From an uncultured Ignisphaera sp. (GTDB lineage Archaea > Thermoproteota > Thermoprotei_A > Sulfolobales > Ignisphaeraceae): a stretch of DNA of 24,000 nt. Under the pieces are notes generated by a model. The model made no database searches and was not told the origin of the DNA. It worked only from the letters and a program-made list of their open reading frames with translations. This document shows positions 8,151 through 16,331 of this stretch, piece by piece (positions within the stretch are counted from its first letter, which is position 1; each line of letters opens with the position of its first letter). Where the stretch lies: the NCBI GenBank assembly GCA_964447975.1, contig CAYUUS010000001.1, forward strand, positions 29,774 through 53,773, given 5' to 3'. A program made the translations under genes and the position numbers.

Positions 8151-9772
8151 TTCCCGACACCTTCACTACTCTTTTTAATAACAATCTTCTCAGCTTTTAT
8201 CTTAACACCTTTAAGTGTTATAGTCATAGGCATACCTGATTGCTGTTGTTGTAGCAGAGGAGTTGGTATTGTAACAGATACTGTTATACCACCAGAAGCC
8301 TGGGTTGTTGTAGTTATAGCTTGTTGAGGTGGTGCAGAGACTGTTGTTACAATAGCAGGTGTTGTAGGTGCAGAGGTTATTGTTGTAGGTGTTATGGTTT
8401 GTGTAGGAGGTGTTGTCTCTACCTTTTCCTCAACCGCTTTCTTTTCCTCAACCTTTTCTTTTTCTCTCCATTTTTGTGTAATTGGATGGCCTTTTTCCAT
8501 CAAGAACTTCTTAAGTTCTTCAACACTTGTAGCTTCTTTCTCTGTTGCTATTTTATCTCTTAACTCGGGAGGTATAGCATCCAAAATTCTCTGCTTTAAC
8601 TCAGATGTCATCCAGACTATTCTTGTCCAACCTCCATCAGCTTGAAATAGCTTTTTACTTCTTAAATAAACCAGTCCTATACCCTGGAACCCAGGAACCT
8701 GTTTACCACCACCAACAGTATCAGCAATTTGGCTAAATCTCAAACCAATTGGTGTTGTACCTGAAAACCCTCTATTTACAATTCCCACAGCATCGAGTTC
8801 TGGAATGTAGAATGTTGCAAGTTCGAAGCACCCACATATTGTTGGTGGATAGTCGAAGAGCGAATATAGCTTTATCCTCTCTATGGCGCCATTAGAAAGC
8901 TTTCTGATAACTTCATTAGCACCCTCATACTCACCTCCGATTGGATCTAAAAGCCTGCCTTTTGGAACTGGCTGTATAGGGCCTTTTGGATCTATCTTAG
9001 CAGCGATTCTTGCGTCAAGCCATGAAATAGCACCACAGGCGGAAGGTCTTTCAGGTGTGATTATACATACATGTGTTGGGGCAAAGGATTGGCAAAGCTT
9101 ACAAGAATAAAATTCATCTGCATCATCATCTCTAAGTGCAAGAGCTCTTCTATCTCTTTCCTCATAAACTTTCAAAGCCTGTGGATGTAAAGCTTCAACA
9201 ACTCTTGCATCTGTAATGAATATTATTCTCATTCTTTCTATTATTGGAAAAGCTGATTTAAATAACCTATATAAAACAGTTCCAATATATTTAAACGATG
9301 TTAAACCTTTTTGCACAGCCTTCTTACTTATTCTAAGCCATATGTCATATCTTTGATTTAAATGCATATATCCTTGGGTATAGTTGCTAAACTCATGGAT
9401 TCTTCTCTCAAGTACACCCTCACCCTCAACCTCAAGACCTTTGCCAGCAGCCTCAATAATAACAGCATATGGTATACTTGAACCCTCTTTCAATTCTGTA
9501 ATATCAGGACCAATAAGAACTATCTTCCCATCTTCAACCTCCTCAAGTCTTCTAATCTTAAATAACTCAAACTTATACCTTACCTTAGGACCTCCAAGCT
9601 CAACATACATCTCCGGGGCTCTGACCCTTTGACCCTCATATTGAGGACCGACATCAACAGGTATATCAGCAAAAACTCCTTTCTCAGGAGGTGGCAATAC
9701 ATCAAATATCTGTATCTTTACATCCTCTGGAAGCTTAACAGGCTCTAATATCCCAGCTTGATTAATAGCCAT
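8147..9772 (-). CDS. cdhC: ACDS beta subunit (acetyl-CoA synthase, A-cluster subunit), 541 aa with an unusually long C-terminal extension
   Basis: A-cluster motifs CQSFAPTHVCIITPERPSACGAISWLDA and Cys-Gly-Cys in PPTICGCFE. AGGTGA lies 7 nt upstream of the ATG. Confidence 0.95.
   Translation of the reverse strand: MAINQAGILEPVKLPEDVKIQIFDVLPPPEKGVFADIPVDVGPQYEGQRVRAPEMYVELGGPKVRYKFELFKIRRLEEVEDGKIVLIGPDITELKEGSSIPYAVIIEAAGKGLEVEGEGVLERRIHEFSNYTQGYMHLNQRYDIWLRISKKAVQKGLTSFKYIGTVLYRLFKSAFPIIERMRIIFITDARVVEALHPQALKVYEERDRRALALRDDDADEFYSCKLCQSFAPTHVCIITPERPSACGAISWLDARIAAKIDPKGPIQPVPKGRLLDPIGGEYEGANEVIRKLSNGAIERIKLYSLFDYPPTICGCFELATFYIPELDAVGIVNRGFSGTTPIGLRFSQIADTVGGGKQVPGFQGIGLVYLRSKKLFQADGGWTRIVWMTSELKQRILDAIPPELRDKIATEKEATSVEELKKFLMEKGHPITQKWREKEKVEEKKAVEEKVETTPPTQTITPTTITSAPTTPAIVTTVSAPPQQAITTTTQASGGITVSVTIPTPLLQQQQSGMPMTITLKGVKIKAEKIVIKKSSEGVGK
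8234..8416 (-). other. Low-complexity Thr/Pro/Gln-rich coding insert (61 aa) inside the cdhC 3' region
   Basis: Translates to TTPPTQTITPTTITSAPTTPAIVTTVSAPPQQAITTTTQASGGITVSVTIPTPLLQQQQSG. The + strand DNA is a GTTGT/GGTGT-rich imperfect repeat. Confidence 0.85.
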
Positions 9773-9845
9773 AACATGTTCACCTAAATAAGATTATAAG
9801 TTATGATATAGAGATTTAATATTTTTATACACCTATACTATCTAT

Positions 9846-10370
9846 TTATTTACTCCCTTTTAACATTGATTCTAAACTACATATATTTTTATACCATATT
9901 TGAAGAGGTAGGGAGGTTAAAGTCCATGTAGCATTTGGCTGTGCATATGGCTCTAGTGATAATGTTTTTACATTTGGCATATAATTTTTAATATAGTTGA
10001 GAATCAACCACTCATATGCATATGGATATCCAATAAACATTATAATATCAAAGTTACTTTTAGCAACTTTTTTAGCTAGCTCCAATGGAAATACAATTTC
10101 ATAGCTTTTAACATCTTTTGCATCAAGAATTTTAACAACCTCTGTTGACGATGTAGCAATAAAAGCATTCAACCCTTGAGCTATTGACACAATCTTTTCT
10201 ATAAGATCTTGCGATGTTAGATCCTTTAACCTCGATATCTGAGACCCTATCGCCATTAACCTATTTCTAAACCTGTTTATAACATCTAAAGCAGTTTTAA
10301 TATCTGTAATTATAGATGCTTTTATAGGCCCTGGTGGGATGTCTCCATAAAGCCAATACTCTAAAGCCAC
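9846..10370 (-). CDS. cdhB: ACDS epsilon subunit, 174 aa
   Basis: Size and position immediately after cdhA, as in archaeal cdh operons. GTG start with GAGGTGAG 5 nt upstream, and this SD overlaps the cdhA TGA stop. Confidence 0.82.
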   Translation of the reverse strand: MALEYWLYGDIPPGPIKASIITDIKTALDVINRFRNRLMAIGSQISRLKDLTSQDLIEKIVSIAQGLNAFIATSSTEVVKILDAKDVKSYEIVFPLELAKKVAKSNFDIIMFIGYPYAYEWLILNYIKNYMPNVKTLSLEPYAQPNATWTLTSLPLQIWYKNICSLESMLKGSK

Positions 10371-10376
10371 AACAAC

Positions 10377-12746
10377 TCACCTCTGCTTTCTATACTTAGC
10401 CACAATTTCATCAAGTAGCGTTGGATTTGATGTAACTGGTTTCTCCCTCCATCCAACCTCTTTAAGATATCTCATAACCTCATCTCTATATGTTATAGGT
10501 ATATCAGCCTCTGTTCTAATATATAGATCTATGTCTGATGGTAGTTTATCACCTCCATAGAATTTCTTATATAGCGATATATAATTAGTTAGCTTTATAG
10601 CTCTACCTTGCGGTGTATCTGCAGGTCTTATACAGAGCTTTGGTATCATAACCATAGCCTCCTCTTTAGACTCTGCAGCATAGAATAGATGTATAGGTGC
10701 AGGACCCAACCACAATTTTTCACCTGTCATAGCGTCATAGCCATACCAAACATCTTCTCTAGAAACATCGCCTAACAACATTCTTCTATATTTCATTCCA
10801 TGTGGCCCAACAATAACTGGTACACCAATTCTCCAAAATCCAGATGCTATAGCTGCAGCTTTTTGGCTCATAGCACCCCATGCAACACCAACAGCACCAA
10901 CTCTATTAAGAATATAATCAGCTATCTCAGCATAATTTGCTCTTAGAGGTAGTCTAGCAAATATGTTGGCAATTTTAATTACAGCACCAGCTATATGCGA
11001 ATTTGAAACACATGATCCAACATTTACAACACCACCAGCTTCAAAAACACCAGAGAATTCTTCATATGGTGTTTTACCTTCTTCATTCTTAGACATTGCT
11101 ATAGCCATAGCAGAACATCCAGAGGCAGTAACAATGTATCTTCTAGCTGCAAACTCCCTCACCATCTCAGCTACATCTTCTGTGCCATCAGGCCAATTAG
11201 CACATCCAACAAATGCTACAACACCTGGTATTGTGCCCAATACAATGTCTCTACCAACAGCTCTAATCTCAGTATCTTGTATAGGACCTCTACCAGCTCT
11301 ACATCTAAACTTCTCACCAGCTATAACATCTTTTGAAGCCGCTAATATAACGCTTAAAATTGGTATACCAACAGGACACACATATTCACATCTTCTACAT
11401 GCAAAACATTTTCTATAGAGATCCTGAAATGCTTTGAAGTCACCAGCGGCAGCTTTCTTCATAGCAACTGAAATCGATAGATTCTGAGGACAGTTTCTTT
11501 CACAATTTCTACAACTTGTACACTTTTTAGCATACTCTATAACAGTTTTCTCATCAAATAAACTCCATTTATATTTAGCTCTAAGAGATGCAAGTCTAAA
11601 TGCTGTCTTCACAGCTACCTCAGCAAGTCTCTCTTCATCTAATATAACAGCACCTGGAATTTTACCAGAGACAAGCTCTTCAACAACGGAATCTGCTGAG
11701 ACATAAGTTCTATCAGGTAATCCTCTTAAAGCCTTGTCAGAAGCAGCTAAGACAACAGCACCCATTTTTCTAGCTTCTTCAACAATATCTGTATAGATAC
11801 ACTGCTCATCTATTACAATAACATCTGGGATACCCGTTCTAATAAACCTTAGCTGCCATGAGATTGGACCTATAATTCTAGCTTTCTTCTTCTCATATCT
11901 TGTAAGGTCATGGGCTGTACAACACAGCCCTACAACCTCAACTTTATCCCTCTGATTAGTCTCCTCTAAAAGATCTATTATAGCAGCTGATGGAAGAACG
12001 TTGTGGCCTATGACAAGTATGACAGGCTTAGATGCATCAACTGTGCCAATGCCTAGATCAACAAGAGGGGATTCTGGATCAGCCTTTGGAAAACCTAATG
12101 CAACTATCTGTGCAACATCTGCTATCTCTAATGCCACATGATCTAACATGCCAAGATGTAAAACCTTAGATTCATAGTCTATCCAATTACCTTCCTGACC
12201 TGTATGAACACTTGCAAGTGTTTGAACAATCTGTCTCTCAACATACTCCAACACTATCTTCAAGTCTCTTAGCGTTCTAGGCTTAACACCTGTAACAAGC
12301 CTTGTTATAGGCATTTCAACATAAACCTCACCTCCTAGATCTATAGGCATATCCTCACCAAATCTCTGAATAAGTTTATCAAGCAACTCTCTAGCATGGC
12401 TAGCATGTGTTGAAGAACCAATTGCACAAACAAGTGTTACAAGCCTTGATTGCTGCTCAGAGAGATTTAAGCCACATGACCCTCTTTTACCTCTAGACAA
12501 ATCACATCTTCCATATGTACATAAACAGCATAGATCACAATATGGTAAATACAATGGCTCATATCTATTAAGTAGAATGTGATCCCATTTCCTTAGCGTT
12601 GCTATTGATGGGAATGGTGTTGGACCTGGTGGCTCCTCCCACTCCTCAACAACATATCCAATACTAATATCCAGGTTTTTAACCTCTGCTATCGATGTCT
12701 TTAACTCATCTAGTTTAATTCTAAGATCTTTATATGGTATAGACAC
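10377..12746 (-). CDS. cdhA: ACDS alpha subunit (Ni-Fe CO dehydrogenase catalytic subunit, archaeal type), 789 aa
   Basis: N-terminal Cys cluster CDLCCLCTYGRCDL...GSCG. Two ferredoxin-type inserts, CTSCRNCERNCP and CFACRRCEYVCP, typical of archaeal CdhA. GTG start 2 nt after the cooC stop. Confidence 0.95.
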   Translation of the reverse strand: MSIPYKDLRIKLDELKTSIAEVKNLDISIGYVVEEWEEPPGPTPFPSIATLRKWDHILLNRYEPLYLPYCDLCCLCTYGRCDLSRGKRGSCGLNLSEQQSRLVTLVCAIGSSTHASHARELLDKLIQRFGEDMPIDLGGEVYVEMPITRLVTGVKPRTLRDLKIVLEYVERQIVQTLASVHTGQEGNWIDYESKVLHLGMLDHVALEIADVAQIVALGFPKADPESPLVDLGIGTVDASKPVILVIGHNVLPSAAIIDLLEETNQRDKVEVVGLCCTAHDLTRYEKKKARIIGPISWQLRFIRTGIPDVIVIDEQCIYTDIVEEARKMGAVVLAASDKALRGLPDRTYVSADSVVEELVSGKIPGAVILDEERLAEVAVKTAFRLASLRAKYKWSLFDEKTVIEYAKKCTSCRNCERNCPQNLSISVAMKKAAAGDFKAFQDLYRKCFACRRCEYVCPVGIPILSVILAASKDVIAGEKFRCRAGRGPIQDTEIRAVGRDIVLGTIPGVVAFVGCANWPDGTEDVAEMVREFAARRYIVTASGCSAMAIAMSKNEEGKTPYEEFSGVFEAGGVVNVGSCVSNSHIAGAVIKIANIFARLPLRANYAEIADYILNRVGAVGVAWGAMSQKAAAIASGFWRIGVPVIVGPHGMKYRRMLLGDVSREDVWYGYDAMTGEKLWLGPAPIHLFYAAESKEEAMVMIPKLCIRPADTPQGRAIKLTNYISLYKKFYGGDKLPSDIDLYIRTEADIPITYRDEVMRYLKEVGWREKPVTSNPTLLDEIVAKYRKQR

Positions 12747-12748
12747 AA

Positions 12749-13540
12749 TTAAGCCCCTGTTTCAAAGCTATATATTTTGTTTTTAAATATTTTGTTTTTG
12801 ACATTTTTCAATTCATTTATCATTGAGGAATAAGGATTGTAGTCGATCAACGACATACCCAATTTATCAGCTTTGATGACATTTTCATCAAATGGTATAT
12901 AACCTAAAATCTCAACACCTCTCAATCTACTCTCTATGAAGAGCCTATCTTCCTCAGACATGATTTTATTTCCAATAACAGCAAACCCTCTAACTCCAAT
13001 ATCTTTAGCAAGTCTATAGATCTCTAAAACAACATCTAGAGATTTAGCTGTAGGCTCAGCAACGCAAATCATTAAATCAATACCTCTAGCAGCCCCTCTA
13101 CTCATAGGCTCTAAACCAGCAACCATATCAACTATAACAACTTCTCTTCTACCTAAAATTAAATGGGATAGTAAAGCCCTTAAAAAAGAATACTCTGGAC
13201 ATAGACATCTCACACCACCCCTCTTCACATAGCCAAGCCTCAAAAGAGTTACATTATCAGGTCCCTTAACACCAAACCTCTCCACAACATCATCAACCCT
13301 TGGATTTAATCTATATGCACCATCAGGCAAAAGCGTTCTTGTCTTAATAAACTCTTCATCAAATAAAACAGGCTTTGAATTAGCTGTTTCAGCATCTATT
13401 CCAAGAGATCTTGCAAGATTTAAACTTGGGTCAGCATCAATGGCTATAACATTGTAGCCTTCTCTTCCAATAAGCCTAGCTAGACAAGCAGCTATAGTTG
13501 TTTTGCCAGCTCCACCCTTCCCAACAAAAACAATTTTCAT
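12749..13540 (-). CDS. cooC: CooC-family nickel-insertion ATPase, 263 aa, first copy directly upstream of cdhA
   Basis: Deviant Walker A GKGGAGKTT. CxC metal motif in GGVRCLCPEYS. ATG start. Confidence 0.9.
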   Translation of the reverse strand: MKIVFVGKGGAGKTTIAACLARLIGREGYNVIAIDADPSLNLARSLGIDAETANSKPVLFDEEFIKTRTLLPDGAYRLNPRVDDVVERFGVKGPDNVTLLRLGYVKRGGVRCLCPEYSFLRALLSHLILGRREVVIVDMVAGLEPMSRGAARGIDLMICVAEPTAKSLDVVLEIYRLAKDIGVRGFAVIGNKIMSEEDRLFIESRLRGVEILGYIPFDENVIKADKLGMSLIDYNPYSSMINELKNVKNKIFKNKIYSFETGA

Positions 13541-13575
13541 TTAACTCACTAAATAAAAAGACAATAAAATTAAAG

Positions 13576-13770
13576 TTATTTAGTCTTTCTTAAGATAATT
13601 CTATGACCTATGAAATCCACATATTCCAATACGACATCTGTTAACATATATCTATTTCCAGTAATATCAATAAGAATCACTTTACTATTTTCCAACACCA
13701 TAGCAGCTATATCTCTTGCATAAAGCTTCTCAGAATTCCCCTCTTTTATATATACAATTGATTCACACAA
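13576..13770 (-). CDS. cooT: CooT-family small nickel-binding protein, 64 aa when started at TTG 13770 (the ORF track starts it at GTG 13782)
   Basis: The TTG start gives MCESIVYIKEGN..., the Met-Cys-Glu N-terminus and about 60-aa size typical of CooT. GGTGAG (13775-13780) is an SD 4 nt upstream of TTG. Located directly upstream of cooC-cdhA. Confidence 0.7.
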   Translation of the reverse strand: MCESIVYIKEGNSEKLYARDIAAMVLENSKVILIDITGNRYMLTDVVLEYVDFIGHRIILRKTK

Positions 13771-13795
13771 TACACTCACCACAGAAATATATCAA

Positions 13796-13816
13796 CTTTA
13801 AATTAGATTAAAAATC
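13796..13816 (-). promoter_or_regulatory. Candidate TATA-like elements (TTTTTAATCTAATTTAAAG on the - strand) upstream of cooT
   Basis: AT-rich TATA-like string about 20-40 nt upstream of the SD and start of cooT, immediately after the stop of the HisA/HisF paralog. No transcript data. Confidence 0.25.
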
Positions 13817-13820
13817 TTCA

Positions 13821-14504
13821 TTATATATACAAATCTAATATAGTTCCTTTATGAATTGCTGTAGCAACAAGCACACCCTCTACATCAAATCTCTTTAGAG
13901 CCTCAACATCTTCCCTCCCTCTAATGCCACCACCAATATACATTTTACCCTTATAAACATTTCTTACAATATCTATAAGCTGAAGATTAAACCCTTTCAT
14001 AGAGCCTACACGTAAAAGGTCTAAAACTATTAATCCAGCAACATCAATCTTAGATATGGCCTCAACAGCTCTTAAAGCATCAATATACATATTTGCAAAC
14101 TTTGTTTCTAGATTAAAACAATCCAAGCTTACAACTCTTTTATGCAGCTTTTCAATATCATATGGATAACTAATATATTCAGTACCTATAACATATTTAA
14201 TATTATTCAAATCTATTTTTTCAAGCCCCTCTCTTCCAATATCAGCCATGACGTTAAATCCTAATTCAACAGCATGGTTTATAATATTTAGATTATTTCC
14301 TTTACCCATAATAGCATCTAAATCAGCTATATAGATTTCTCTAAAACCATATCTATATAGATTGGAAAGAACATCTTTAGGATTTGGAGAAGATGATATG
14401 ACGCTATTCTCTATAGGTTTATATGTATCTCTCTTCCCTTCAATTGCATGGACAACTAAACCATTCATTATATCTATTACAGGTATCACTTTAACTTTTT
14501 TCAT
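13821..14504 (-). CDS. HisA/HisF-family (beta-alpha)8 barrel paralog of unknown function, 227 aa
   Basis: N-terminal VIPVIDIMNGLVVHAIEGKR and C-terminal IGGGIRGREDVEALKRFDVEGVLVATAIHKG match the HisA/HisF phosphate-binding pattern. No other histidine biosynthesis genes are nearby. Confidence 0.8.
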   Translation of the reverse strand: MKKVKVIPVIDIMNGLVVHAIEGKRDTYKPIENSVISSSPNPKDVLSNLYRYGFREIYIADLDAIMGKGNNLNIINHAVELGFNVMADIGREGLEKIDLNNIKYVIGTEYISYPYDIEKLHKRVVSLDCFNLETKFANMYIDALRAVEAISKIDVAGLIVLDLLRVGSMKGFNLQLIDIVRNVYKGKMYIGGGIRGREDVEALKRFDVEGVLVATAIHKGTILDLYI

Positions 14505-14585
14505 AGTCTACACAGTGAAAGATAGATAAATATAAATTAATTAGCTTATTATAGCTATGATAATTTGTTTTATAAGGTTAATACC

Positions 14586-15674
14586 ATGATTGTTATAGGT
14601 CTTGATATAGGTGGAGCTAATATAAAGGCTGTGAAAGTGGAGTGTTATAGAGATGAAGTAAAAGTTTTATCTATTCTACGTGAATATTTCCCCCTATGGA
14701 TTTATGGTAGAAAAGGGTTAGAGGATAAGCTTAAAGAAATTAAAGAGAGTATTGTAGGTAATGAGAAATATTATGTATCTATATGTATGACAGCTGAGTT
14801 AAGTGATGTATATAGAGTTAAAAAAGATGGTGTTGAACATATTGTTAAGCTATCTATGGATATCTTTAACAATGCTATCGATATAGGATTTGTGTCCACA
14901 GACAAGACTCTGGTTTCTGGTAATGAGGCTATAGATAATTATTTAAAGGTTGCTGGAGCTAATTGGGCTGCTTCTGCATGGTTTTTAGAGAGATATTCAA
15001 AGAGGTGGGGTGTTGAAAATAGTGTATTTATAGATATAGGTAGCACTACAGCAACACTAATTCCTATAATTAATGGAAAGACCTGTATAAGAGGGTTTAC
15101 AGATCCTGAGAAACTTACAGTAGGTGAACTCATTTACACAGGTGTTCTAAGAAGCAATGTTGTCGGTATTGTTAGTAAAATTCCATTAAAAGGTTTATAT
15201 ACAAGGATATGCAATGAAAAATTTGCTTTAATAGGCGATATACATCTTGTACTTGGAAATATATCGAGCAATGAATATACAACAGAAACAGCCGATGGAA
15301 GAGGAAAGTCGGTAGATGAAGCTATGGAGAGAATTGCTAGGATACCATGTGGAGATAAATTAATGATAAATAGCTTTGAGATTAAAGAGATAGCGAGATA
15401 TGTCTATGAGTCACAAATATATATGGTTTTCGAAGCATTGATGCAGATTAGAAGCTATATAGCTTCTCTAGGCCTAGACCCATCAATTTTTAAAGCGATT
15501 ATAGCTGGTATAGGAAAGTTTCTAGCAAGGGAGGCGGCAATAAGAGCAGGGTTTAAAACTATTATAGATATAGACTATATTGTAGGTTCACAGATATCAT
15601 CTATATTCCCAGCATATGCAGCAGCCATGATGATGTGCGAAAAAAGGTGTTTTGATAATGAGGATTGTGGTTAA
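14586..15674 (+). CDS. mfnF: Hydantoinase-A/ASKHA-fold protein of the 'H4MPT-linked C1 transfer pathway' family, MfnF-like (methanofuran biosynthesis). Assignment from memory of family features.
   Basis: ASKHA phosphate motifs IGLDIGGANIK and VFIDIGSTTATLIP. About 362 aa from ATG 14586. The TTG at 14565 would add a 7-aa extension with no support. Overlaps the next gene by 17 nt. Confidence 0.55.
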   Translation: MIVIGLDIGGANIKAVKVECYRDEVKVLSILREYFPLWIYGRKGLEDKLKEIKESIVGNEKYYVSICMTAELSDVYRVKKDGVEHIVKLSMDIFNNAIDIGFVSTDKTLVSGNEAIDNYLKVAGANWAASAWFLERYSKRWGVENSVFIDIGSTTATLIPIINGKTCIRGFTDPEKLTVGELIYTGVLRSNVVGIVSKIPLKGLYTRICNEKFALIGDIHLVLGNISSNEYTTETADGRGKSVDEAMERIARIPCGDKLMINSFEIKEIARYVYESQIYMVFEALMQIRSYIASLGLDPSIFKAIIAGIGKFLAREAAIRAGFKTIIDIDYIVGSQISSIFPAYAAAMMMCEKRCFDNEDCG

Positions 15675-16311
15675 AATCAGTGGAAACCTTATATGGAATG
15701 TTACTACACTTAATAAGTTTCTTGATAGCGTTATAAAGATTCAGGAAAATGATCTAAGGATAGCTCTTGTTCCAGGTGGAAGTATATTTGCAGATATGGT
15801 TAGAGATCTTCAAAAGAAGCTGAAATTCGACGATGCAACAGCTCATTGGATGGCTATAAAGTCTATGGAGACATATGGAGTCTTCATTACATCAATTAAT
15901 AGCTTTATAGAAAATGCAAATTCTATAGAAGAGGTCTATGATATATGGCTAAAAGGCTTCACACCTCTTGTAATGCCCTTTAACATCATTAAAAAATATT
16001 GTGACGAGCTTCCAAAATCATGGTCTGTAACAAGCGATGCAATTACAGTATTTATTGCACATCTTCTTAAAGCTGATATGGCTATATTAACTAAGCTTGT
16101 AGATGGTATAACAGTTGATGGAAAAGTAGCATCTATTTTAAAGGTTGATGAAGTTCCACTGGACCAGGATGTAATTGATAGTTATACACCTGTATTGGTC
16201 AAGAAATATAGAATACCTGTAGCTATAATCAATGCCTATAATATAGAGTCTTTGTATTGTTTATTAAATAAGGCTCCATGTCATTTACCTTATACAGTTA
16301 TAGTGCCATAA
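15658..16311 (+). CDS. mfnE: Amino-acid-kinase-fold protein, MfnE-like (furan methyl phosphate kinase of methanofuran biosynthesis). Assignment from memory of family features.
   Basis: AAK-type N-terminus MRIVVKISGN and LVPGGSIFAD. AGGTG (15645-15649) lies 8 nt upstream of ATG 15658. About 217 aa. Confidence 0.55.
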   Translation: MRIVVKISGNLIWNVTTLNKFLDSVIKIQENDLRIALVPGGSIFADMVRDLQKKLKFDDATAHWMAIKSMETYGVFITSINSFIENANSIEEVYDIWLKGFTPLVMPFNIIKKYCDELPKSWSVTSDAITVFIAHLLKADMAILTKLVDGITVDGKVASILKVDEVPLDQDVIDSYTPVLVKKYRIPVAIINAYNIESLYCLLNKAPCHLPYTVIVP

Positions 16312-16331
16312 TTAAAATATTGGGGCAGTTC

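Noticed and set aside
8321-8563. 80-aa Cys/Arg-rich + strand ORF (MLRWCRDCCYNSRCCRCRGYCC...) that superficially resembles a cysteine-rich peptide, along with the neighbouring + strand ORFs at 8100-8327 and 8394-8645
   Set aside because: They lie antisense to the Thr/Pro/Gln-rich tail of cdhC. ACN/CCN/CAA codons read backwards give TGT/GGT/TTG-rich frames, so these are shadow ORFs of a low-complexity region.
8147-9772. The idea that the long cdhC ORF results from a frameshift fusing cdhC to a downstream small gene
   Set aside because: The frame is continuous. The tail ends exactly in an ATGA overlap with cdhD, as expected for a native junction, and the extension begins right after a normal-looking CdhC core.
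10963-11418. 151-aa + strand ORF inside cdhA
   Set aside because: Antisense to a strongly motif-supported gene. Its low-complexity Ser/Thr/Pro/Ala composition and lack of an SD are typical of a shadow ORF.
14565-14585. TTG-initiated 7-aa N-terminal extension (MFYKVNT) of the mfnF-like gene in the ORF track
   Set aside because: The ATG at 14586 gives MIVIGLDIGGAN, the usual position of the first ASKHA phosphate motif right at the N-terminus. The extension has no support.
15652-15657. TTG 15652 start for the mfnE-like gene, GTG 16998 start for cofD and GTG 22766 start for the DRTGG gene
   Set aside because: In each case an ATG 2-3 codons downstream has better SD spacing. The upstream alternative lies too close to the SD (15652) or inside it (22766).
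16278-16331. 18-aa N-terminal extension of cofC from ATG 16278
   Set aside because: It would overlap the 3' end of the mfnE-like gene by 34 nt. The CofC family starts directly with the M-x-x-[AIV]-[LI]-IP[IV]K strand, which is provided by ATG 16332.
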